DNA of 23,918 nucleotides, taken from the IMG/VR virus record IMGVR_UViG_3300006916_000047; one strand, given 5' to 3'. Below are positions 9,183 to 16,938 of this stretch, one piece after another (the first letter of the stretch is position 1; each line of letters starts with the position of its first letter). Both the position numbers and the translations under genes were made by a program. Below the pieces are notes generated by a model, which searched no databases, was not told where the DNA came from, and worked only from the letters and a program-made list of their open reading frames with translations. Origin of the DNA: an uncultured virus (IMG/VR IMGVR_UViG_3300006916_000047). Taxonomy: Duplodnaviria; Heunggongvirae; Uroviricota; Caudoviricetes.

Positions 9183-12134
9183 ATGCGCCTCTCAAACATT
9201 GAGAAGGATAAGCGTCCTTCGGAAGAGATTCTTCGTTTGTTTGAGAAAACGAGGGTGGCTTACCTTTCTGCCGCCAATGACCCCAATGAATACGGGAATC
9301 GTTGGCGTAAAACCGTGGATGTCATTATTGAGTCCTACAATGACTTGGACTCAGCCGCAAATGAAATAAAGGATTTTATTTCGGAAGACCTCATAGAAGA
9401 TAATGACATCAAAGACCCTTCCTCGCTTAAGGCAAAGGAGTTATTTGAAGCCATTAAAAATTTGCGCTATGCTTCGGATTTGGTAGATGACCCATTCGCA
9501 AAGCGTTTCAAAGGCAAGGTTTTGGAGGCATTACTTGAAAGTCCCGAACAGATGGTCAAGTTTGTGCATTATGCTTTACGAGAAGACAAGGAACCTCTTC
9601 CCAAAGAAGTTTATGCAATTAAAGACATGCAAGAAGACGATATTACCTATGGTTTAGAGGGTCTTGACCTAGAACCAGACGATATAGCCCTGTATATTAT
9701 TGAACATTACGGGGATGGAAAAGACTCCAAACGAACAGAAAGGGCTGTTAAAGCCGCTATGGAAATGTTAGACTTGTTAATGCTCTCAAAATACGATGAA
9801 GGCGACTTAGATGACCTAAAAGATATTGAGGGTGTAGAAACCCAAAGAGAGACAAAGGCTCTCTCTACAATTAAAAAGGAAAAGAAATCAGAAAAAGAAA
9901 AATCGCTGTCTGATTTTATTGTTCCAAATAAACCTATGTATAGAATTTTTGATATTGATGACATTAATCAACTAAAAGGTTTTAGTGGAGAATGGTTTGT
10001 TCAAGAAAAATACGATGGTATGAGAATTCAACTGCATAAGATTGATAATAATGTCAAGGTATTCTCTTACAATAAAAAACTTATTACAGATAAGTGCGGA
10101 GAAATTGTAAAGGAATTGAAGGCTAAACACTTTGGCGATTGCATTCTTGATGCAGAATTAATTCTTTTTGATGGGGAGGAATCCTTGCATCGGGCCGATA
10201 CAATCGCCCATGTGTTTAAAAATAAATATCCTAAAGCAACCCTCAAGTGCCATGTCTTTGACATTATGCGACATGAGAATCAAACGCTTCTTGATGAAGA
10301 GTTAGAAAACAGAATGACAATTATGTTCAACAATTATGCTCAACATTCAGCCGATGTTCTTAAATTCCCCTCAAAGAAAGATACTCGTAGAGCAGATAAT
10401 CTAAAAGATATTGCTGAATATGCAGAAAAAATTATGGAAATGCCTACTTCCGAGGGAGTCGTTATCAAAGATGCTACTTCCACCTATTATGTAGGAACAA
10501 AGAAGAACCCCAAGTGGATTAAGTGGAAGAAGTTTGTGGACTTAGATGTTGTCGTTCTTGACAAGAAGAAGACTAAAAGCAATCTATATTCTTATACCGT
10601 GGGTATTGGGCCTGTTGAGGAAGAAAACAAATTTACACAAGAAGTTAATGGCATCAAATACATGAATGTGGGTAAGGCCCTCAACACAAAAATTTCGGTT
10701 GATGTTGGTGAAATTATTCGTGTAAAGGTTGATGAGGTTAAGAATGCTGGTGATAGATATACTCTTTACTCCGCAAAGGTGATTGAAGTCCCCGAAGTAG
10801 AATACCCAGATAAAATCATCACTTTAGAATTATTAGCACAAGATACTAAAAAGTCTCTAAACTATTCTATTGAAGGATTGAAGAAAGGCATCACAATTAC
10901 TGACCATATTCACGGTACTGCTACCATTATTTGTAAATCCGATATGAGTGGATTTACTGTTTATGGTTTTGAAGAAGACAATCTCATGTCAAAGAATGCC
11001 ATCATCAATTTAGACGATTGGAAATCTCAAGCAGAAGAAATCATGAAAACAAAAGCAGGGACATTAACTACTGCTATTACAAATTATCTTCAAAACATGG
11101 GAGCAAAGACCGTAAAGCAAGTTCATAACTTCTTAATGTCAAAACATAAAGGTCTGTATGAAGATGTTGTTGATGGTGGCTTACAGGGTCTTAAAGAATG
11201 GGCAAATGCAAGAGAACATATTGAATTTAAAGAAAATAAATTGCATGGAGATGCTATCCTCAAAAGACTCTTAAAATCTCCAGTTTTAATCCATAGAGAT
11301 GCCGAGCCAGAAGAAAAGGAAATTGAGGATATTACTATTGACTATTCAAATAAAGATGGTGAATGTTGTAATAAATTAAAAGAGGCTGTTAAAACAAACA
11401 GAATACTGGTTCTTGATGTTCTTTCTGACGACTATGGCACTTATGAAAACTTTCGTAATAACATAGTAGAAGAAGAACAGAGCAATTGGGCAAAAACATA
11501 TGAAGAAGAAGTTAAGGTCATAGAAGATTCAATAGATATTTTAGAGTGTGATAGGTTATTAGGAGTGATAGATTACTTTCTCAATAATAAAGTTGGTGAT
11601 GTAGATTATGGCCCATTAGAACAAGCCTTAGAAGAATATCAAAATTGCATTCAAGGTGATTCTAGTTTTACAGACAAATATGCTATGCTTAAAGCAGAAT
11701 ATAAAACACCAGAAAAATACCGAGAAGGGCAATTTAAGTTATACTCTCGCAAAGATGACAATCTAAACATGGTGATGAAACTTGGTGATGAGACAATCAA
11801 CTGGTTAATTGATGTTCAAAACGAAGAAGAAATGTTTGACCTATTCGGAGCCGCAGGAAAGTACCCTGCTGAAGTTGCTCAAAACATTGACAGAGAAAAA
11901 ACAGTTGATGCCGGAACGGTCAAGTTAGGAATACAGAGAAACGGCTACCATGAATATTTCTTAGAAGGGAATAAGTTTGAGACGAAGTTTCATGTGCGAT
12001 ACCTGCCGGTTGGTGAAAATAAAATGTGGCTTGCTTGGACTGGCTATGAACAAAAACCCGCAGATAAAGAAGGCGATGAGGGGTTATGGGATATCTATGA
12101 GGACAAATTCGCAAGCAAGAAAATACCGAGATAA
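9183..12134 (+). CDS. lig: ATP-dependent DNA ligase with long N- and C-terminal extensions
   Basis: Nucleotidyltransferase motifs I (QEKYDGMR), III (ILDAEL), IIIa (HVFDIM), IV (EGVVIK) and V (WIKWKK), then an OB-fold-like segment. About 240 aa extra at the N-terminus and over 400 aa extra at the C-terminus. Confidence 0.9.
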   Translation: MRLSNIEKDKRPSEEILRLFEKTRVAYLSAANDPNEYGNRWRKTVDVIIESYNDLDSAANEIKDFISEDLIEDNDIKDPSSLKAKELFEAIKNLRYASDLVDDPFAKRFKGKVLEALLESPEQMVKFVHYALREDKEPLPKEVYAIKDMQEDDITYGLEGLDLEPDDIALYIIEHYGDGKDSKRTERAVKAAMEMLDLLMLSKYDEGDLDDLKDIEGVETQRETKALSTIKKEKKSEKEKSLSDFIVPNKPMYRIFDIDDINQLKGFSGEWFVQEKYDGMRIQLHKIDNNVKVFSYNKKLITDKCGEIVKELKAKHFGDCILDAELILFDGEESLHRADTIAHVFKNKYPKATLKCHVFDIMRHENQTLLDEELENRMTIMFNNYAQHSADVLKFPSKKDTRRADNLKDIAEYAEKIMEMPTSEGVVIKDATSTYYVGTKKNPKWIKWKKFVDLDVVVLDKKKTKSNLYSYTVGIGPVEEENKFTQEVNGIKYMNVGKALNTKISVDVGEIIRVKVDEVKNAGDRYTLYSAKVIEVPEVEYPDKIITLELLAQDTKKSLNYSIEGLKKGITITDHIHGTATIICKSDMSGFTVYGFEEDNLMSKNAIINLDDWKSQAEEIMKTKAGTLTTAITNYLQNMGAKTVKQVHNFLMSKHKGLYEDVVDGGLQGLKEWANAREHIEFKENKLHGDAILKRLLKSPVLIHRDAEPEEKEIEDITIDYSNKDGECCNKLKEAVKTNRILVLDVLSDDYGTYENFRNNIVEEEQSNWAKTYEEEVKVIEDSIDILECDRLLGVIDYFLNNKVGDVDYGPLEQALEEYQNCIQGDSSFTDKYAMLKAEYKTPEKYREGQFKLYSRKDDNLNMVMKLGDETINWLIDVQNEEEMFDLFGAAGKYPAEVAQNIDREKTVDAGTVKLGIQRNGYHEYFLEGNKFETKFHVRYLPVGENKMWLAWTGYEQKPADKEGDEGLWDIYEDKFASKKIPR

Positions 12135-12142
12135 TCACGGTC

Positions 12143-12150
12143 TTTATATA
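12143..12150 (+). promoter_or_regulatory. Putative archaeal TATA box for the protease-capsid operon
   Basis: TTTATATA in a short intergenic gap, ending 30 nt before ATG 12180. The spacing fits a near-leaderless archaeal transcript. Confidence 0.55.
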
Positions 12151-12179
12151 CCAGATAACACAACGAAGGTTTGTTGGAA

Positions 12180-13382
12180 ATGTCCCTCCTACTCAAGAGA
12201 GAACAACTACAAGAGTTTCGGATTCTAAAAAGCGACAACCTAATGATTGGTGGATATGCAAGCATTGAAATTGTTGATAAGCAAAATGATTTAATCACAC
12301 TCAAAGCATTAAACGAAGCAGTAGATAAATACATGGAAAACCCAAAGTTTAGAAATGTAATGACAAATCATTCAAATGTTCAAGTCGGAGAAGTAATAAA
12401 ATCATACCGAGACAAAAGCGGAAAGTTATGGAAAACCGAAGTTGATGATGTAGGATTCTTTGTAGTAATTAAATTAAGAGACGACATAGAAAAAGCAAAG
12501 GAAATTAACCGAGGCATCAGAAAAGGTTCATTGAGGTCATTTAGTATTGGAGGACAGGCAATTCAAAAAATAAAGAAGAGTCATCCAGAATTAGGTCAAT
12601 ACAATGAAATAAGCAAATTAGAACTACACGAAATTACTATCTGCGAAAAAGGAATTAACCCCGAAGCAAAATTTGATATTTTGAAACAAGACAAAAAACA
12701 GGTGAAAAACATGAGCAAACTGGAAAAAGCACTGGAAGAGTTGGATGCACTAATGAATGAAGTGAATACTCTCCGAAAGGAAGAAGAAGAAGATATGGGC
12801 AAACTCGCTGATGAAGACGAGAAAATGATGCCTGAAAAGATGATGGACGAAAAGATGGAAGATTTGGAGTCTATGGAAACAGAAGACCCTGAAAGAGAAG
12901 CAAAGGCATATGTCTCTACTCTTGACGGTGCTGGTGTTGAAATTGGCGAACCTGCTGACAGAATCGTTATTGACAACGGAAAGCCAAGAGCAACGGATAT
13001 GCCAGTTGTTAAGGCATTTGAGAACACTGAATTGGAAACCCTTGACCTAAGCGTTGGAAACATTGAGAAGGCTTACGAGGCTTTCCGTCAAGAACAACTT
13101 GAGAAGTTGGCTTATGACAACCTCCAAAAGCAATTTGCACATCGCTTTGAGGCTGAAAAGGGAACCCGTGAGAACATCCTCGCAAAGTCCCAATACGATG
13201 CCGCTTCCGAGATTGCATCTCTTAAGGATGAATTTACCGCACTTCGCAAGTCTTTGACTTCCGAAAAGGCCCAAATCATCAAGGCTCAAGAAGAAGCCGC
13301 AATTACACTCCCATCAATGGATGAACTAGCCGAAATGGATTGGAACACGATTCATAAAATGGCTTTTGGAGGAAACCTTTGA
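12180..13382 (+). CDS. Prohead (capsid maturation) protease fused to a scaffold domain
   Basis: HK97/S78-like pattern IGGYAS..VDKQNDLI..NH..VG..SFSIGG..LHEITI..NPEA, then an acidic coiled coil. Directly upstream of the MCP. ATG 12180 is preferred over TTG 12171. Confidence 0.9.
   Translation: MSLLLKREQLQEFRILKSDNLMIGGYASIEIVDKQNDLITLKALNEAVDKYMENPKFRNVMTNHSNVQVGEVIKSYRDKSGKLWKTEVDDVGFFVVIKLRDDIEKAKEINRGIRKGSLRSFSIGGQAIQKIKKSHPELGQYNEISKLELHEITICEKGINPEAKFDILKQDKKQVKNMSKLEKALEELDALMNEVNTLRKEEEEDMGKLADEDEKMMPEKMMDEKMEDLESMETEDPEREAKAYVSTLDGAGVEIGEPADRIVIDNGKPRATDMPVVKAFENTELETLDLSVGNIEKAYEAFRQEQLEKLAYDNLQKQFAHRFEAEKGTRENILAKSQYDAASEIASLKDEFTALRKSLTSEKAQIIKAQEEAAITLPSMDELAEMDWNTIHKMAFGGNL
12711..13382 (+). 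CDS. Putative nested in-frame scaffold protein (223 aa)
   Basis: Internal AGGTGA (12700-12705) lies 5 nt before in-frame ATG 12711, at the protease/coiled-coil boundary. Confidence 0.6.
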   Translation: MSKLEKALEELDALMNEVNTLRKEEEEDMGKLADEDEKMMPEKMMDEKMEDLESMETEDPEREAKAYVSTLDGAGVEIGEPADRIVIDNGKPRATDMPVVKAFENTELETLDLSVGNIEKAYEAFRQEQLEKLAYDNLQKQFAHRFEAEKGTRENILAKSQYDAASEIASLKDEFTALRKSLTSEKAQIIKAQEEAAITLPSMDELAEMDWNTIHKMAFGGNL

Positions 13383-13391
13383 GGTGATAAC

Positions 13392-14726
13392 ATGGTAGGA
13401 TACATTAACACTATTGCAGATTTAGAAGCACAAACTTATGGACTTAACTTCAACGGAGCAAACAATATGCTCTTGAAGACCGCCGGAGCCGTTAGTGGAC
13501 TCCACGGTGGCCATGATGCCGCTACTCAAACCTCCCCAACTACTGGTATTGCTGGAAACCTTTACAATGTTCTTTTCGGACAGAAGGTTTGGTCAATGCT
13601 AAACCGTGAAGTGAACGCTCTTTCTGTTATGTCAAAGCGTCCTTATTCTTCAAGCGGTTGGAGAGTTCTTTCAAAGCGTCCTGCTGGTGGAACGGGCAAC
13701 ACCCATTCCTTTACCCAAACTGGAACGGATTTGGCTGGAACTGATGCTCCACGCCTTGACCATATCGGTGGTGTGCCAGAGAATGCTTCTCTTTCAACTT
13801 CCGGTGATGGTTTAATCGCTATTGCTCCCGAATACAGCACTCTTTTCATGAGTCCAAAAATCGTTGCTCATCAGTTTGATTTCAGCGAATTGGCTATGGA
13901 AATGGCTCAAATTGATGATGGTATCGGTGATATTAGAGCGCAAATGCGTGAAGATATGGGTAAGCATCACGCTGAATCCCAAAACCTCATGTTGATGGCT
14001 CCTCTTGAAGCATACCTTCAAGCAGATAAGACCAACGCCGCCGCAGAGATTGAGAGAAACTATACTTCGCTTTACAAGATTGTTTCGTCTAACGCTGAGT
14101 TAGACCAAATGGACGCAGATAACTTCCCTGTTTCTTCAATTACCAACGACATTTCGGAAGCATACCACATTTACGGAACCAACCGTGATAGTGCTTCTTT
14201 CCTTGATTGTGTCGTTAATGGTGCAAGCAGTTATGCTTCGGGTGGTTCTCGGCCATTTACTTTGAGCATTCTCAACGCAACGCTTCGTGAATTGCGACAG
14301 AACGGTGGCTCTCCAAAGGTTATTCTTACTGGATATGACACCCTTCAAACGCTTTCCGACCTCTTGCAGAGCCAAGAGCGATTTATGGACAGAAAGGAAA
14401 TTGTGCCAACCGTGAACGGTGTTCGTGGTGTTAAGGGTGCAGAAGTTGGTTTCCGTGTGGCAACCTACTACGACATTCCTTTGATTCCAGTTGCTCAAAT
14501 GCAAAGCACTTCGGCTGATTCGGGAACCATTTCGGATATGCTCTTATTGGACACTGACCACCTTTGGATGGCTGTTATGAAACCAACTCAATACTTTGAA
14601 GATGGTATTAGCAACGGAAACCCATTCGGCGTCGGACAACTCGGCAACCGAGCATTGTACCGAACAATTGCTGAAATGGGCTGTTCGTACTTCAAGGGTC
14701 AAGGCAAAATTACCAACCTTAAGTGA
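13392..14726 (+). CDS. Major capsid protein (HK97 fold)
   Basis: 444 aa, follows the protease/scaffold, strong GAGGTGA RBS. C-terminal pattern (..ATYYDIPLIP..MLLLDTDHL..GQGKITNL) is typical of HK97-fold capsids. Confidence 0.88.
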   Translation: MVGYINTIADLEAQTYGLNFNGANNMLLKTAGAVSGLHGGHDAATQTSPTTGIAGNLYNVLFGQKVWSMLNREVNALSVMSKRPYSSSGWRVLSKRPAGGTGNTHSFTQTGTDLAGTDAPRLDHIGGVPENASLSTSGDGLIAIAPEYSTLFMSPKIVAHQFDFSELAMEMAQIDDGIGDIRAQMREDMGKHHAESQNLMLMAPLEAYLQADKTNAAAEIERNYTSLYKIVSSNAELDQMDADNFPVSSITNDISEAYHIYGTNRDSASFLDCVVNGASSYASGGSRPFTLSILNATLRELRQNGGSPKVILTGYDTLQTLSDLLQSQERFMDRKEIVPTVNGVRGVKGAEVGFRVATYYDIPLIPVAQMQSTSADSGTISDMLLLDTDHLWMAVMKPTQYFEDGISNGNPFGVGQLGNRALYRTIAEMGCSYFKGQGKITNLK

Positions 14727-14736
14727 GGTGTTTTAG

Positions 14737-15099
14737 TTGGCACTTATCAAAGCAATTACGGTCTTAGCAGACCATAAAGGTATGACAACACCTAGAGTTT
14801 CGGGAGACGAATATTTCGTGGATGCAGTTATTGATATTAGCCAAGTCGTTGCGGCTGGTTCAGTGATTCCTGCCTCCGATTTTGGTCTTAACACCATTAC
14901 TGCGGTTATGATTACAGGAGACGACAATCCTAACAACAGCACGAATGACATCGCTATCAAAGTAGAATGCAGTGCTACTGGTGCTTATGAATCAGCGACT
15001 TCGGTTGCTTTTATGCATACAACAATGGCTAGTGGAACAACGCTTTCTAACGATGCTAACGGCGGAAGTGTTCGTGTTCGTGTTTATGGAAACCTTTGA
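14737..15099 (+). CDS. Probable capsid decoration / minor structural protein
   Basis: 120 aa, beta-rich, directly after the MCP; TTG start after TGAGGTG. Confidence 0.55.
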   Translation: MALIKAITVLADHKGMTTPRVSGDEYFVDAVIDISQVVAAGSVIPASDFGLNTITAVMITGDDNPNNSTNDIAIKVECSATGAYESATSVAFMHTTMASGTTLSNDANGGSVRVRVYGNL

Positions 15100-15108
15100 G
15101 GTGTTAAT

Positions 15109-15432
15109 TTGGCTCTAGTCAAATTTTCTTCCCAATCAAATGTGGGGAGATTAGAAACACCTTTTGGTTTGCTCCGAACAAATGCAGAGTTAGAAGTGGG
15201 AACAGAATGGGCTATTGCTAAAATTGGCGATAGAAACCTTATGTTCACTTTCGTTGAGTCCGATAGAGAAGCCTTAGCAGAAACTACTGAAAAACAGTTA
15301 GTAATTTTGCGAAAGCAACTTGAAGAAGACCTTTCCGATGCTTCTGCGCTTTGTGGCCTATTACTCCCTAAAGCAAAGAAGACTCTTAAGAAGAAGACTA
15401 CCAAAAAGGCTTCTTCTGCGCTAAAGGAGTAG
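15109..15432 (+). CDS. Hypothetical protein with Lys-rich C-terminal tail
   Basis: 107 aa; TTG start after TGAGGTG; ends KAKKTLKKKTTKKASSALKE. Confidence 0.65.
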   Translation: MALVKFSSQSNVGRLETPFGLLRTNAELEVGTEWAIAKIGDRNLMFTFVESDREALAETTEKQLVILRKQLEEDLSDASALCGLLLPKAKKTLKKKTTKKASSALKE

Positions 15433-15436
15433 GCGG

Positions 15437-15450
15437 AAAGCCTAAATATA
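15437..15450 (+). promoter_or_regulatory. Putative BRE/TATA promoter for the downstream membrane/GTPase operon
   Basis: GAAAGCC-TAAATATA: purine-rich BRE-like bases then an AT-rich box, ending 31 nt before ATG 15481. Nearly the same spacing as at 12143. Confidence 0.5.
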
Positions 15451-15480
15451 GCCCCCGCAAGTGGGGAATGAAGAGAGGTT

Positions 15481-15807
15481 ATGCGTATGCCACAATGCCG
15501 TTCAAGTGGAGTCAAGACAGCCAATGCCGCTATTTTTGCGGGCCAAGTTAGACTGATTTCAATTCATGCCGTCCTTACAGGAACGAAGCCGACAACAATT
15601 AAGGTCTTTGATAATGCTTCTGCCGCAAGCGGAACAGAGTTAGCAAGGATGATTGTTGCTCAAACCGACCCTGCCGACCCTGCCGCAAGAACAGGGCCGG
15701 AAATGATGGAGTATGATATGCATGGCGTATTGGCTGTAAATGGTCTTTATTTGAGCATTTCTTCTGGAACGGGAGAAGGTGCGGCAGTTTCCGTTGAATT
15801 TAGTTGA
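15481..15807 (+). CDS. Small beta-sandwich-like, probably structural protein
   Basis: 108 aa rich in small residues with alternating beta patterns (TIKVFDN, GLYLSI). Confidence 0.6.
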   Translation: MRMPQCRSSGVKTANAAIFAGQVRLISIHAVLTGTKPTTIKVFDNASAASGTELARMIVAQTDPADPAARTGPEMMEYDMHGVLAVNGLYLSISSGTGEGAAVSVEFS

Positions 15808-15816
15808 GGTGATATA

Positions 15817-16203
15817 ATGGCGGCTCTTAATCAAGACACTCGCTTAGTTATGACAATTCTTTTTGTCGGGGCATTGAGTGGAGCAAATGTATATGCTTAT
15901 GCTATGATTGGTCTAGGGTTTCCTTATGGGCCTTTAGCCCACTCAATATTATTTGGCCTTGGAACAATAGGAGCAATCATGGTTGTTAAAGCCCTCTTTG
16001 ACTTATCCTTAAATGATAAAATTGAGATGTGGCTTCTTGATAGAAAGATTGCGGCATACTGGGAAAGAAAGGCTAGAGACGAGCAACAAAAACAAAAAAT
16101 GCGAGAAAGTGCAAAACAGTTTTCAGTTCCATTTGCCTACTCTCAACCTGTTGAACAGGAAGAAAATACTCTTGGGACGGAATTCTTAGCCACACTACAA
16201 TGA
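15817..16203 (+). CDS. Membrane protein, 2 predicted TM helices plus cytoplasmic coiled coil
   Basis: Hydrophobic stretches LVMTILFVGALSGANVYAYAMI and ILFGLGTIGAIMVVKALF; charged C-terminus; TGAGGTGAT RBS. Confidence 0.75.
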   Translation: MAALNQDTRLVMTILFVGALSGANVYAYAMIGLGFPYGPLAHSILFGLGTIGAIMVVKALFDLSLNDKIEMWLLDRKIAAYWERKARDEQQKQKMRESAKQFSVPFAYSQPVEQEENTLGTEFLATLQ

Positions 16204-16212
16204 GGTGGTTAA

Positions 16213-16431
16213 GTGGTCTTTGGAGATTTGATGGGCTTTTCCGATTCGGATTACGCTTACAATGCTCAAAGAGCGCACTCTGCTGACATTTTCTTTTTGA
16301 AAATGAGAGCCGTTTTTTGGGGCTTTTGTGCCTGTCTTTCGGGTTTTCTTATTGGAAACATTCTTGGTGTTTTTGATATAAACATCATGGGTTTCCTGTT
16401 TGACACTTTGTTAAACGGGTGGGGGCATTGA
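16213..16431 (+). CDS. Small membrane protein
   Basis: 72 aa; hydrophobic AVFWGFCACLSGFLIGNILGVF; GTG start after TGAGGTGG. Confidence 0.7.
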   Translation: MVFGDLMGFSDSDYAYNAQRAHSADIFFLKMRAVFWGFCACLSGFLIGNILGVFDINIMGFLFDTLLNGWGH

Positions 16432-16432
16432 T

Positions 16433-16936
16433 ATGTGGAAAGAAATATTGAAGGCTCCTGTAAGGACTAGGAATGAGGTTTTCTTTCAAGATAAGCCCAA
16501 AAAATATAGAAGTAAATTTTTAGATTCGGGAGAGGAATTTGAGATTTTAGATGATGTGGGAAGTAGAATCACAGACTCAAAATTTGAAGGTTTAAGAGCA
16601 TGGGAATCCGAAGATAAAATGGCTAGAGGGACATTTAGAAAAGTTTCCAAATCTAAAAAAGGCCCACTTTGGCACATTGACGCATTTTCCGTAAATAAAA
16701 AATTAATGAATCAAGGCAAAGGAGAAGAATACCTTAGAGAAATGGTCAATGATTTGAAAGAAATAGAGGATTTGAAAATATATGGGCAACCTGTTCATAG
16801 AGCAGTATCATTTTGGAAGAGAATGAAAAGAAAGGGGATTGTGGATTTTGTTTTGCCACCCATTAATATGTATAGAGATGTGAGCGGAGGTTCAGTATTA
16901 AGGCCGCCAACTAGAGATTTAACAAGGCGTGGTTAA
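16433..16936 (+). CDS. GNAT-family acetyltransferase-like protein with N-terminal MWKEILKA tag
   Basis: HIDAFSVNKKLMNQGKGEEYL resembles GNAT motif A (acetyl-CoA-binding QGxG); AVSFWKRM resembles motif B. Confidence 0.7.
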   Translation: MWKEILKAPVRTRNEVFFQDKPKKYRSKFLDSGEEFEILDDVGSRITDSKFEGLRAWESEDKMARGTFRKVSKSKKGPLWHIDAFSVNKKLMNQGKGEEYLREMVNDLKEIEDLKIYGQPVHRAVSFWKRMKRKGIVDFVLPPINMYRDVSGGSVLRPPTRDLTRRG

Positions 16937-16938
16937 AA

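Noticed and set aside
15452..15466. CCCC-GCAAGT-GGGG hairpin as a terminator
   Set aside because: Only a 4-5 bp stem with no U-tract, and it lies between a putative TATA box and the start codon.
15665..15685. Tandem CCGACCCTG x2
   Set aside because: A short in-frame duplication encoding DPADPA; no sign of a larger repeat system.
15817..16431. Holin call for the two membrane proteins
   Set aside because: Size and TM content are compatible, but no endolysin or family motif is visible; not excluded, only unsupported.
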